This document shows, in pieces, positions 1-12,822 of a DNA stretch of 64,000 nt (positions are counted from its first letter, which is position 1; every line of letters starts with the position of its first letter). The stretch covers positions 832,656 through 896,655 of the forward strand of contig NMRA01000123.1 in NCBI GenBank assembly GCA_002633005.1. Direction: 5' to 3'. The translations under genes were made by a program, and so were the position numbers. The notes under the pieces are model-generated. The model had not been told where the DNA came from, made no database searches, and saw only the letters and a program-made list of their open reading frames with translations. This stretch comes from Phoronis australis. Lineage: Eukaryota > Animalia > Phoronida.

Positions 1-432
1 AAAATGCACCAAGCATAACTTTTGATTTATGACATCGTGTGCACTCTAGATTTAAAGCTCAGCTGCAGAACAAGGTCTTTGACATTCGTTCAAAAGGTGC
101 TGGGCTTCGATGATTTGATTTGAAAAACATGTATGTAAACAACCTGTAATGCCAATTGAACCTGAAGCCCCCGAATGAATGTAGTAGCAGTTCATTTTCA
201 CTTAGGCGTCTTGCGATTACAGGAAGGTGTACTAAATTTCAGAAACGACAACCTGTAAGAACTGCGATCGTTCTAGTCTACTGTTTCAGGATTACATGTC
301 ATTTTACCGCAGAGCCACGCCCCTTTCCCATTATTACGCTTCGCACTTCAGGGATCAGTTTGAAAGAGCAACAAATGCAAGTTCTGTAAAAAACGAATTT
401 TAGCTTAGTGTTATAAAGCCGGTTCCATTTAA

Positions 433-530
433 GGTGATGGTCTGATAAAACATGCCCGAATTTTGAGAACCAGTTTTCTCCACTGAATAATGGCCATCAA
501 ACTGGTTCTCAAAATACGGGCACGTTATAT
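433..530. mobile_element. Short hairpin MITE-like repeat, copy 1
   Basis: Arms tgcccgaattttgagaaccagttt / aaactggttctcaaaatacgggca; related copies at ~57172-57267 and ~57431-57526 in the opposite orientation. Confidence 0.7.
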
Positions 531-1407
531 AGTCCTTCAGACGAGGCCCATTTTAACATGCTCAACACGGCGAATTAGTTTTGGTTCGTCAAGGAAGTGT
601 AGCCGTCGGGGCTTCAGGCGATTTCTTGTAGCCAATTTCATTTCAAACAAAGCATACGAACGCCATGACGTTGCTGTGAATCAGAAAATGTGCCAGAGAA
701 GAACGAGAACGGGATGCTTTAAACGCAATTATAGTCACAGCGATGTCTAGCGCGCGCTGTGCACACATGGTTTCAGTTACGTAGTACTACATCTAGTGGA
801 AATCCTATTATAGTGCCGCGGGCTTGTCCAAAATATCCCAGAAGTCCAGTTATAGTGTGCATTGAACCCTGAAAACACATTTTTATTTATTCCGTTTGGC
901 AAATGTACAGAAAAGAATACGAGGCCCTGATAAAGTACGCCGGCGCAGTTCTCTCTCGAGTCACAGGCTGGAGATGAATTGAAATAAATTGCTTGGATTG
1001 CATACGTTGTACGTTGTTCAAGTATCGAACTTAGCTGTGCATTACCGTAATAAAATAAAGCAATCAGCCATAAAGCACTTTCAGAGAAAATCAAGAAACA
1101 TTGCACACGCACTGCGGGACAGATGCTCCTTGTTCGATTCACAAAAACGGAACGAAACGCGTGAAATTAGTTTTTGATATTTTCTACATGTCCACAATTA
1201 ATATAACTAAATGCCTTCTGCAGAAACCCTATGTTCAAGTGATTGCATCGCCTATGTCTTATGATGTTACATTAGAATTAAGCAATTTGGATTGATCAGT
1301 TCATCAAGCTAAAGGGTTTCGAAGAGTTCGACGCTCGACCACGACCACGCCCTGTTTTCCGTTAATTCGTAAAATTCCGTGCAAATAAGCAGAAACTGAA
1401 GACTTAC

Positions 1408-1617
1408 CTTCACGTGTTCATTCATGTTGGTCGGATCCCTATTGATGATATCACACGGCGGTTCATAGGGTTTTCTCTCCTTGGGAGCTTTCTTGGGCGC
1501 TGGTTTTGCTTTTTCATCTTTAGCGGCGTCATTTCCGTCTTTACTTTCCTCGGCTTTCGGTTCTTCAATTTTCACCTCTGTCATTTCTTTCCCTTCTACT
1601 TTTTCCATATCAGACAT
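1408..1617 (-). CDS. CAV1: Caveolin, first coding exon (70 codons); downstream exon(s) not found in the window
   Basis: Translation ends ...DIINRDPTNMNEHVK followed by an AAG|GTAAGT phase-0 donor. RDPxxxNxHVK precedes the caveolin FEDVIAEP signature, and vertebrate caveolins have an intron at this same point. The symbol denotes the family; the paralog is not determined. Confidence 0.85.
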
Positions 1618-3330
1618 GATGGGTGTGTTTTGAAGACCGAAATTCCTAAGAATGAGACAACCCTTGCAACTGGTTTTGCGTCCGCTTCTGCTGTGAGACG
1701 CTGCCTGATGCCGCGACCAACAGCCTGGTCAGCGGACGAGTCTACTTGTAAAACAATACAGGGTTGTCAGGTCACACAAAGCCCTTGTTTGTGCATTCCG
1801 CTTCCGTAGTTAGCAACATGTGCGAACCATATCCTTACATTCACTGGGGTGAATTCTTTATTATCGTAATTATCGGTAGCCCAGTAATCAACTAGATTAA
1901 TATCGCCGGCCTTTGTCAATTGGATTATAACTAACATGACAGGCAATGATTTCAATATTTCCTACGACTTACTATTTCGTGATCTTCTGTGGCAACGTTC
2001 TTCCGACTACTTTTGCTGGAGCCCTACGCGCGTCGATGCTAAAATCATAGCATTGTAAGCCCCTTGATAAGCATAGGTGGGTTCAGGGGGACGGGGTTCC
2101 CGTCGTCCTATGAACACGACCAACTAAAACAACGTCGTCGGCATCAGCCCCTTTTTTGAAAGTATATATTGGTTGGACCTTCTTACTACTCTCCTAGATT
2201 AGGCATATTCCTGTAGCCGACATCAAGGTCTACCCTCTAATCCTTTTTCAATAAATTCAAAGGGTTTCCCCACTTTCATCGAGCCTGATCTCACTCCAAA
2301 CTAGAACCAAAATACACAAATTTGTGGTCCGAGCTCCTCCAACCAATATGTAGCCCTGCTAACTCGAGCACTACAGCTTTCAGAAAAAAATGTGCAATTT
2401 CATTTCTCAAAATTTTTGCAAAAGGGCTGAACGGGCTTAGTAACGAATCCTAAATTCTCCCCAAGCCCACAAAGATCTCGAGCCAGTATGATAAAGATAC
2501 GCAGCCAAAATCGTAATGCACACCTCCCAATTAACCCCCAAACAACCATCCACTGGTATGACCCAATATAAAAGTCTAAGCCACACGCCTTTGGCAAATG
2601 GCCCACAAGATTTAAGTCAACATTTTTGAATGTCTCTGAATTATAGTCTGTCGACATGTATGCGACTTGTATCAGCTACAACATTAAGGGCCAAATCAAA
2701 AAATCGTTTTGAAACAAAAGCGGTCATAAAATTCCCATGTCTACCATTTGGTTTTGAAAGTTTGGATAATTTGTGGTTTCAGTTTATGCTTAAATTCCAT
2801 AATGTAGGTCAAAAACGCCTGGCATGCGTATAATCAATTCGATGCCCGTGGAACTTCAAAAACCACATGTCGACGATTTGTAGAGTGAAATAGTTGTTTT
2901 GCACTCAAGTGGCGTAACACGGAGGTCACATCAAGTTGGATTCGCAATGTTCTCGGGTGTCGTACTAATTGTCAGGGGACACACGAGACAGCTTCAACAC
3001 TAAATAAGCACGAATTAGGGTCTACGGGTGCGAAGGGGTTATTCCACGAATTGATTGATGCAGCGTTTTGACTGTAGTCACTCCTCATCCACTCCATAAT
3101 TTGCTCAGGTGACCATTTCAAATGAACTAACAAAGAATAAGCGCGTGAAGCGTGTTTTTTAACTCCATTCCGAACATAGTGTGAACAAAATTTTTAAACT
3201 TCTAAATTTTGAGCTTTATTGCAATATTGCCATGGTAAACAATAAAAGTTGATTTCATTTGTTTCACTTGTCTATTTTTGTGATGCGTTTCAAAATTTAA
3301 TCAATATTTGACCTCGCCATTATGTGAAAC

Positions 3331-3487
3331 CTGGCGTGCGTTCAATAGACGCTAGGACCTACGCTAGGACCTAGCTAAAACCTAGTCAAAGTCACGTGCT
3401 CTCATTTAAAATGCACGGTAATATCTCACGTAATCTCGCGAAGTCTTGCTTTTTAGCGAGGTCCTAGCGTTACTGAACGGGAGGCTG
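3331..3487. mobile_element. MITE with TIRs (gctaggacct family), copy 1
   Basis: cgttcaatagacgctaggacct ... aggtcctagcgttactgaacg; near-identical copy at 10221-10380 and diverged copy at ~58820-58962. Confidence 0.8.
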
Positions 3488-6400
3488 ATGTAGTCCCAAA
3501 GTAAATAAACCATATCACTGAAACAGATCTTGCAACGACTTTGTTCTCTTTACCCTATTCCCAACTCTGTATCAGAAATTCGGGTTACTCGTCTAGCCCT
3601 GTACCTGAGGAGCAACGACAGCGCTGGTAGCGGACAAGCTTCCAATATTTAAATAAATTCTTTGTTTCACATGATGAATTCTGGAGATTTGGCGAGTTTT
3701 GGCCGAGAGGTAGTATTACGAGCAAACAAAGCCAGATCCCCGGGCCCTCGCTAGGCATGCCAAATACCAGGGCCACGGCACTTCAACTTAACACCTGCTA
3801 CATGGAGCACAGGTGAAATGATTCAGTTAGTGTTCTGTGACTTGGTACGAAAGAGTGAAAGAGGACTTTTGACACAGCAATGACTAACAGAGAACTTTAG
3901 AAACAGGGTAAATTTTCTCCCCCTACGGCCCGCACGTGGGGTTCCCATACCATCTAGCATTGACGCCAAATGCTTAAGAGTTGCTGTTTTTTTTTCTCAT
4001 CAATCGCAATTCATTTCTCACTAAAGTCGAATCGTTTCTTAGTAACCGCTTTGTGAAATCGCAATAGATTTTCCATGTCCTTAAACAGAGTTCTCTTCCC
4101 AGACGTTAAGCACCCTACTTCCTGTTGTCGCCTCTTCATGCTATAACAAAAAAGAATCATTACAAAATGCATGTGTTCGTCATATCTCTTATTTTGATGT
4201 TCAGTTAGGGACCTCATTTCACGCTCATGATTGTTCGGCATTATCGTAGCAGAAAAACGGGGTACTAGGTTCAGACCTGTGAATTGTGCACTCGCGCCGG
4301 ATTCCTGTGGTCTTTTGTCTCGTTTTCTCGAACTTTTTGGTCCTCAGAGGCGGACTTCGCCAAAGGGGGGCCCGTTCGAGACCCCCGAGCCCCCCCCCTT
4401 CCTGGGTGCGCGCATGCAGGCGTCCTAATCCGCTATTTTGTAAGATTCGCTAGAAATTTCGCAAGACGGTAAAACTCAGTGCCAAACTCCAACTCACCTA
4501 GATATTCAAAACGATCTGTTGTGGTATTTCAAGAAAATTTTGTTCAAATTCATGTCTTTCTAAAGTTAGTTTTATGTCAAGTTTGGTTTTGCTCATGCAA
4601 AAAAGCCTTCTATTATCGTGGAATAAATCAACCGAGAGTCATGGAAGAAGTAGGCCTAGTTGACTCACGACTCAGAGAACTACAATTGTTCGGGAGAAAA
4701 GAACGCCGCTCGTGAGAAACGGAATGCCGTTAATAAGAGAATTTAACTGATTTAGTAACAACTGAATTATAGTTGGTGAATTTATAACTACAGCTAGTAA
4801 AAGATAACTAAAACTGCTGGACCCGAGTTTGGCAAGAATGAAGACGCCTAATTTAAATTAAACCGAATTTTTTTGATGTTATATACATCGTAAAGAAGAA
4901 TGATCTTTGATCAGCTTACATGCATTCTCAAACAGTAATTGCTGAAATTTAATCAAGGCTTCTGCAATGAAAAACTCAACGTGATGACTTCAATAAGAGT
5001 AGATTGGATCACAGATCAAATGATGGAGTCGCTTCTGCGGGAGAAAGTGGTTGTGAAAACGTTCTTCGACCTTCTCAAAGTTTTATTGAATTTCTAAGTT
5101 TACCAATTAAAAATTCAACAACTATAAGAAAGACACCCTTTTAAAGGGCACGGCGTCATTGTAGTCTGTGAAGCCGGGAGGGAGATTGTCTTCAATGACA
5201 GCCTACCATTTTGACGGGTATCTGCCGGGTTTAAAATTTTTGCTTCAGGTTAGAAGTAGTTTGTGGGTTTGGAAAGAACGGACAGTTCGTTTGTGCTCGA
5301 CACCATGCGGCGCCAGGCGAACTCGAGCGATAAGCTGACTTGACACGGCGGGTCATTCTATACACTGGACATAGTCTCAAACACTAAATAAGGAGCTCTT
5401 AAAAATGCCGTGTCTCATTAAAACCGTGAATATTTAAATTCATAGCAAGCGCCACCTAGTGACTTCCTCGAGAGCTGTGTGAACAAGTATAATCAGGAAT
5501 AGCAACAATCTGTAAATAAACTGCGACTTGAAAGAAAACACCACAACTGATACACTTAAAACAGGTGTGAATGTATTAGAAAATCCTAGTAATTCCAAAC
5601 ATTACGCAATCGTTATTTGCTAGTGAAATAAACAAATAATAAAAATGTGCCTTTTTTATTAGGATAGCGACGGAATACCATACTCATTTACCTAAAAATA
5701 GTTTCGCAAAACGAGACTTTCGCGAGATTGTAATGGTAACTGGTTCTCGGATGGTTTCCGGCACACTGGAGAACCCAGGGTTGTTTGTAAATTACTACTT
5801 CATTTGCATATTCACAGTTTAATGAGACTATGCATCTTCAACAAGCACATGAACCACTTCTAATCTAGCTTGGAACAAGTTGACAACTCCTTTTGCAAAG
5901 GTAAGCGGTTTAAAGCAAAAGTTATATTTGACAGCGAAGGCGTATTCATGTGAAACAGATTTCCATCTTTTGCCAGTTGGTCTATAAAGTTATGGACATG
6001 TTGCAGCTAGCGTAAGTAGAATGAACCCAACAGCAACCCGGGTTGCGATCCGTAGACCCCCTGGAAACAGTGGATCATATACCTTAGGTTATTTATTCAA
6101 TTCCTTCTGTAAGTAATTAAGGCACATGCACCTAAGCTCAGAAATTAGGCGCAGGCTAACAATTACGAGGCTTTATGGTAAGTTGTTGCCAATCGCGACT
6201 TGTTTCAGAGTGCCGCTCCCTTGCAGTTGTACACATGTATTGGTTTTATGCACACTCAAATCGACGAGGTGCATCTATGAGCTCGGCTTAACATGTTTGT
6301 TCTTTGATTGATGATGTGAAAAAGATTATTCTTTACGGTTACATTTTACAACCGAAACCTTTTACGTGCAATGATGTGATTGGGCCGGGGAAAGAAGTGT

Positions 6401-7480
6401 ATGTGACGTATAATTCCAAAAAACAAGAAAGTCCAGGAATGCAAAGGTCTCGTGCAAACGCAGGGTTTGTTTAATTCAATACTTGAGAGGTTAACAAAAG
6501 GAGACTGTGTTATGAAGACTACAATCTTTAAAATTCTTGTGTAGGTGTGCAGTCTGACTTTGATGGACAGCTCACAGTAACATTATTTATTACAACGAGT
6601 GCTACTTTGCATGAGCTCATGCTGTCTCTACCATACTTGTCCCGAATACGCATGACAACACAAGTCCATTGGTGACGACTTAAATGGAAAATTTTGTATG
6701 TAAATGTCAATACAGATTGCGCATTTGAATGACGAGCAAAGCGAAAACGACAACCAAAGTAGGATGATTTATCCGCGAACTTAAGGATGTAAATGAATGG
6801 ACTTGTAATCAGGACCAAGAAAAAGTGACGACTTATGAAGATTGACGAGTTGTTCGATGCCAAGTAAAGCGAGATCGCTTGTACCGGCAATGCCTGCATG
6901 CGCCATTTTCGAATTCGTAATTTCAGGGTTAGTAATCTGCCCAAATAAATTCATGAAACGTTTTCTTGTTGGTAACGGAAATATAATTAATCCTATCACA
7001 GACAGAAAATTTTCTTTTTCAACGGGTAAATATTTAGATACAAAAAATGTTACGTATAGTTCGCGACCGTAGTGGGCAGCATGTCACGGCAAGTCCCCAC
7101 GGACCCTACCATTTATGTTAAATTTACATTATGCGCCGTGGGTCAAAAAATAGACAATTTTAAAGAAGATAAAAATTGGAGGCAATTTATAACCAAAGAA
7201 ATAACACGTGAACTACATTCCGACCACAAGACAACCAAAGAAATCAAGAAAAGTGTTTAAATTTCACACTGAATTTTTGGTGACCATCACAACATAAAAC
7301 ATGGGACATTCGGGGGAGTAATAAAGATAGGTTTTAAAAAGCGATCATATATTTAAAGTGAAAGGATCCACATTTTGATCAATGTGGCATCGATAAAATG
7401 CGTAGTGATCCGTAATCGGATTCCCATACATCCAACAGCTTGTCTAATGACATCGGATCCATGTTATAATAAGCAACGTG

Positions 7481-7730
7481 TCATCATCTTCTTCTTCAGG
7501 GTTCCCGGCCATGTAATTTAGATGTGCAGCCCTGTCCTCTGGACCCCACAAATTTTCTTTGAGCTCCACCGGACTGGACCATATCTGGCGAACTGTGGAC
7601 TCCATTGTCGCCGACACATGTTCATGTCATGAAGCTGGGTTTTCAACATTGACACGGATCGCTGGGAAATGTAAAGACCAGTTGTAAACATGACCTCCCT
7701 GGGGAATGTAGAAGTGCTGGTGACCTTAGA
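7481..7730 (-). mobile_element. Degenerate 3' end of a non-LTR retrotransposon (LINE)
   Basis: Minus frame reads EHV...RQIWSSPVELKENLWGPED, resembling the C-terminal HxxxxC...W...LWG region of RNase H-bearing LINE ORF2s (from memory), followed by a GAAGAAGAAGATGATGA tail. Confidence 0.45.
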
Positions 7731-7949
7731 TCAGGTTATGCAGACTGGAACATTGGCGAATTTGTACTACGGTAGTGCATTCAGGACATAGAATACAAAT
7801 ATTTTACCGCGATATGATTCGGAAAGATTTTAGTTATAAACTCATATTTCGGAGTCAATTGACCGCCCATGCCTTGACATTGACCGCTGCTACATTAAAG
7901 CCGCTTTTAATCCTTTTAAAAACTTTTTAATTTAACCTTGTGCAGACCT

Positions 7950-8011
7950 CATCGTGATTCGATCCCAGGGTAGTCTTGAAGGCAAGCCATTACTTTATCA
8001 CTGCCACCAGC
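7950..8011 (-). mobile_element. tRNA-derived (SINE-like) head
   Basis: Minus strand GCTGGTGGCAGTG...CCTGGGATCGAATCAC gives degenerate A and B boxes; no full cloverleaf. Confidence 0.35.
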
Positions 8012-8200
8012 ACGTCACGACCACAGTCGGACGTCACCTTGATTAATGAACGGTCTCGGTCACCATCACATCTAAGCGATCTGAAACCAACATACTGGTC
8101 TAGGTGGAAGTCACTGATAATTAAATGTTGACAGAGTATTTAAAAGAGGAGTGCAAGGAAGAACTACTGCACAAAAGGCATCTTTCAGTTTTAGTAGACT

Positions 8201-8684
8201 GGAAAGGCTTGTTAACTTACTGAGGTGCATGTCTTTAGTAGGAAGTTTATTGACTTACTGGGGTGCATGTCTGTAGTAGGAAGTTTATTGACTTACTGGG
8301 GTGCATGTCTGTAGTAGGAAGGTTATTGACTTACTGGGATGCATGTCTGTAGTAGGAAGGTTATTAACTTACTGGGGTGCATGTCTGTAGTCGGAAGGTT
8401 ATTGACTTACTGGGGTTCATGTCTGTAGTCCGAACATTAACTTACTGGGGTGCTTGTTTGTAGTAGGAAGGTTATTAACTTACTGGGGTGGAAGGTTATT
8501 AACTTACTGGGGTGCATGTCTGTAGTCGGGAGGTTATTGACTTACTGGGGTGCATGTCTGTAGTAGGAAGGTTGTTAACTTACTGGGGTGCATGTCTGTA
8601 GTAGGAAGGTTATTAACTTACTGGGGTGCATGTCTGTAGTCCGAACACTAACTTACTGGGGTGCTTGTCTGTAGTCCGAAGGTT
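8201..8684. repeat. Minisatellite, 38-bp unit, ~12 copies with internal deletions
   Basis: Unit acttactggggtgcatgtctgtagtaggaaggttattg directly visible; period 38 between 8291 and 8329. Confidence 0.95.
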
Positions 8685-8835
8685 CTGCAGTCGATTTGTA
8701 AAACCTTCGGATTATTGAAAATTCGGAATTTTTAAAATTCGGACTACAGAATTGTTTTTTTCCTAACACTTCATAAAAATAATTTGGACTATCGAATGTT
8801 CGGACCAACGAACCTTCGGACTATTGAGACGCACC
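8659..8835. mobile_element. MITE with subterminal ttcggact repeats
   Basis: Left ggtgcttgtctgtagtccgaaggttc is an imperfect inverted repeat of right gaaccttcggactattgagacgcacc. Confidence 0.65.
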
Positions 8836-9807
8836 TTAAGTTTACTGTCAAGCAGCTGCAACATGTCCCGACTAAAAGTCAAAAATATCAAGTCTGTTCC
8901 CAGGTGTATTCTTTCAAAGCAATGTCTTTATTCTTTATTTAATGACTTTAGTTACAATATATCACCTGGAGTTCTCGTGGAACCCATTCCACCGTGGCGT
9001 GCGGTGACTAAAACTAAGCCGGCGTGGAAAGAAACTTGAGCTGGTGTGAAGCAATAACCACCTGTCTGTTGTTCTGAAGCCTTGAAATAATTTCTAACAT
9101 GAGGAAGGAACTAGATTGATAAACCCAAGAAATGTAAAGTTGGTTCTAGCGTCTATTCCAAGTAATTTTGAAACATGAACTCATCGATTAGGAAATCACC
9201 TGCCCGCATCAACTGAATCCGGCTAAGGTCTCGTGTTTCGTGCGCTTTTGAAAAACTGCACGTAAGCAAGGGTAAGTATTTTTGAAACGATAGGATATGC
9301 AACTATGCTTACCAACTTGTGCTCTGCGGCAGTATTTTCTATCTAGAGGCTAATCAATATAATATGCGTAGAGTTGTCCGACAACCGTAAAGCAATGATA
9401 CGTGACTAAGGACCATCAATGGACCACTGATTCAGTTGTCGCCTGTGTTCTATTGATTTCTATGTTAGCCACTTGTAACAAATGCCTAAATGTTCAACTT
9501 ACGCTTCCGCACTAAACCAATTGTTTAGCAGCCTGCCTATTATATTTTAAAGAGACTCACGGACGCCAATGATACTATGTGACGGAGGAATAATAGCATA
9601 CCGGGGATGTTAACACTGGACTAACATACTGAGAGGTTTAGGTCATTGATGTTAAGTATTTTAAGTTTAGCTGTCTTAAGTACTCTAAGATTTGTATTTT
9701 TTATTGAACTTGAAGGCTTGATCTTAAACTAATTTACAGCTTGGCAGTATTGAAAATAACTTGCGTGCCTTGCGTGTATACATAATGTTTTTATTACTCG
9801 ACTTCAG

Positions 9808-9854
9808 TCGACCTAGTACTTTGCACTCTGTCTGATGAATGTCAAGGACGGCAG
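9808..9854 (+). other. Diverged duplicate of the dioxygenase start-codon exon (alternative first coding exon or relic)
   Basis: ctcgacttcag|tcgacc..tgcac..atg..caaggacggcag|gttcgtct aligns with ctcgatttcag|tcgacc..tgcac..atg..caaggacgagtcag|gttcgtct at 12802-12844. Confidence 0.55.
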
Positions 9855-10220
9855 GTTCGTCTCAACTTGCCTTCTGATCAAGAACTTCGGTCGTTATTAT
9901 TCAATTGAGAGTTGATTTGAGATGGAGATGGTCTTCAGAAATTAAGAACGATTGAATTAAGTAGTTTTCCCACGTTTCCCAAGTGCCAAAGAACATTGTT
10001 AGAATCTTTAGCGTGCAGCAATCATTTTATGGGTTACTGCTGTGTTGAGCTGCCGCTTCAATGGTCGGATCAAGGATCTGAATTAGGGGACTATGATCAC
10101 TGACTTGTAGCCTATATGTAGCTTGGGTTGTTAAGCATGCGAAAACGTGTTTAAAAATTACATGTTAAGTGCCCCGACCACTGAACAACGGAACTTCTCA
10201 AGACAAAGTCCACATACAAC

Positions 10221-10380
10221 CAGGCGTGCGTTCAGTAGACGCTAGGACCTACGCTAGGACCTAGCTAAAACCTAGTCAAAGTCACGTGTTCTCATTCAAA
10301 ATGCACGGCAATATCTCACGTAATCTCGCGAAGTCTTGCCTTTTACTAGCGAGGTCCTAGCGTTACTGAACGGGAGGCAG
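10221..10380. mobile_element. MITE (gctaggacct family), copy 2
   Basis: Near-identical to 3331-3487, with the same TIRs. Confidence 0.8.
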
Positions 10381-12012
10381 ATCTAGCATTGACTAAATAG
10401 TTGGCACCCTAGCTCAGCCCGTCAACCTTCCCCGGCCGTTAGACTCGGAGAGCGGGCTCCTGATTTTTGGGACATTCCTTACCTAAGCCTATTCTCACGA
10501 AAAGTTCGGCAGTCACAGCTTCCGAAATTTCCGGAAGCTGGCGGTGGTTAGGCGGGAGAAAGAAGAATGAGCGACAACCCCGCGACTGCATGTTTCCGTT
10601 TTGGATGGATTGCACGTTTTTCCGCCACCTAGTGGCCATTTTTTATGACACAAATAAATAACCCTAAAAGCACGCCATTTGCGATGTATTCGTGGGCGCA
10701 TTTCAACTCCCCGGGTTGCTCTTGTTATCAATTACGAAGGGGGAGTGTAAGACCAAATGTTTGTTTTAACTCTGAATTCGGTATTCATAAAACAGACCCG
10801 TGGTTTCTTATTACTTGTGTTTTTGATGGATCAGTACTGAACCTACGGTGAAAATGTCAACAATACCTCAAATTTCTTAACTATGCATACTGACACAATA
10901 TTTCAGCACATGTTCTAACTTTTGATGTATCGTTAGTGTTCTGATGGTTCCCACAGCGCGGCCGGATGAGTCGCTTGTATATTGGTGACCAGAGGAGCAA
11001 GCAGAAACCGCGCGCGTAAGAGGTCTTGAGAAACCACCAAGTTCCGCTAAAAAAACGTTGAGATGCAACAAGAGCTGGTCCCCGTAAACCGAAAAACATT
11101 ACTTGCACTTGTGACGAAAAATCTTCACTATGTCTTATGGAAACAATGAATTCATGAATTCAGTCCCACAATTCAGCGTTCTAACCCCACCACTTAAGAT
11201 TCTAGTTTCGATTATGTGTGTCTCTTTGCCATATGTCGTATTCCCATTAGTTTCACTTAGTTGTGTTTATTTCTCAGCCAAATTTTGATCAATTTAATAA
11301 AACTTCACAACGTTAAATCGAACACAGATAAGTACAAATTAGCCAATGTCAGAGGTTTCTCTGGAGTTAATGATGTGAACGTGAAATAAATGACCAAACC
11401 ATCTATTTGCCAAATCTCAAAAACAAAAGTATAAAACAGTAGGCTTGCGGCTTGTAATAGTTTATTGATTACTTGAACGTCACCAAAGAATGAGAATCGT
11501 AACAGCATTTTTGGATAAAGGATTAAGAAATCTAGTCTAAAAGATGGTCCCTCTGGATGTCACTAAGGTCAGTCAACCCGAGATATTCACTAATACTCCC
11601 AAAGTACACCCTGGCTTGATCAAGTTTTGACATTGTCAAAATAAGCTAATGCAGCAACAATCGATCTCAAATGTCAACATCAGTGATTTTTTGGTCTATT
11701 CGGCGAATTATGCATATTTATGTCAAACAAACAGATATTGCAAAGCGCACAATTCCGTACGGTGGCCGCCTTGGCTCGTGAGATGTCTCGTAACTTCTTA
11801 CTTTTCAAGACCTTAGCAAAATTCTCAGGTAAACCTGATAAAGTATGAAATTTACTGCACGTGCACCGACACCGTCGAAATATACTCGTAGTGCGTCCCT
11901 TTCGGTTTAGTAGGCCCTTTGCTTTATTTATCCTCTTCAAATTCATATTAAAAGAATAAAATGCTGTACCGAATTAATCAGCTGCAGGTGGATGTGTTGC
12001 GTTTTTCCTTTA

Positions 12013-12486
12013 GGTTATGTGGGACCCCTTCGAAAAATATCCTAATTCGGAACATCATATCGCAGAAATGGGTGGTCGGATTCACAAGAAACATTCGGCT
12101 ACTTCATGCATTGTTGTTCGACACGTTTTGAGGAATAGTTTTTAAAATGTTCCACGTTTGCACGAGGTGCTATCAAAATTGGGCTTTCGTGGCTTCCACG
12201 AAAAAATCTAACGTTGCATAAAACATGAGAAGCGAAAACGTAAAAGCGTTTTTTGGATATCACCTTGAGCATTAATATTACATAAAATTCGTATCTTCCT
12301 TTTTTCCTTAATTTTATTGAAAAGACGTTATCACGTGACTCACTTAGTGGCCGATTGTAAAAAGGCAAAAGTTCAAGTCTACAGGCTTTCTACTTTCAGG
12401 AAATACGTAATTTCAATGAGTTAAATCTACAGTTTTGTAAATATTTGACTAAATACGAATACTTGTCAATAAGGTCCTACGTAACC
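12013..12486 (+). mobile_element. Non-autonomous Kolobok-like DNA transposon, copy A
   Basis: Ends ggttatgtgggacc / ggtcctacgtaacc in TTAA-like flanks (ttta, gtaa). Internal tgttccacgtttgcacgagg..ctatcaaaa motif shared with copies at 24619, 36549 and 44902. GG..CC termini plus TTAA fit Kolobok (inference). Confidence 0.6.
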
Positions 12487-12822
12487 GTAACCATTCTCCC
12501 CCTACCGGATATCACGAGCTTCAACACTCCCTGCCTGCAATGAGCCACATATTTCACAATCCCCACGTAGGTTTTACCTCTGACGCTTTGAAGTATTAGG
12601 TGGTATCTATCCCCTAAGTCAAGGTTACCCAAGGAGCTGTCTTCTAGTTTGTGATTGTGAGTAAACCTTTGCCCTAGATGTCAAACAAATCCAGGTCTGA
12701 TTGGACTCAAGGTTACCCACTTCCTGTGTTATCAGAAAGCAACCCCTATGCATTGAAACTATGAACGATTGTATCATCATAGTGATAGCCCTCGATTTCA
12801 GTCGACCCAATTCTCTGCACCG

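Noticed and set aside
5738-5790. 5S rRNA-like 3' fragment
   Set aside because: Only patchy similarity (ggatgg..ctgg.gaa..cagggt) and no 5' half; insufficient support.
6528-6999. 138-aa and 72-aa minus-strand ORFs
   Set aside because: No recognisable domain or splice context.
8201-8684. CRISPR-like array of ~38-bp repeats
   Set aside because: The units are contiguous with no unique spacers, there are no cas genes, and the context is eukaryotic; it is a minisatellite.
12014-12074. Possible first exon MWDPFEKYPNSEHHIAEM of the dioxygenase
   Set aside because: It lies in the terminus of a four-copy transposon family and has weak donors; 12823-12844 fits better.
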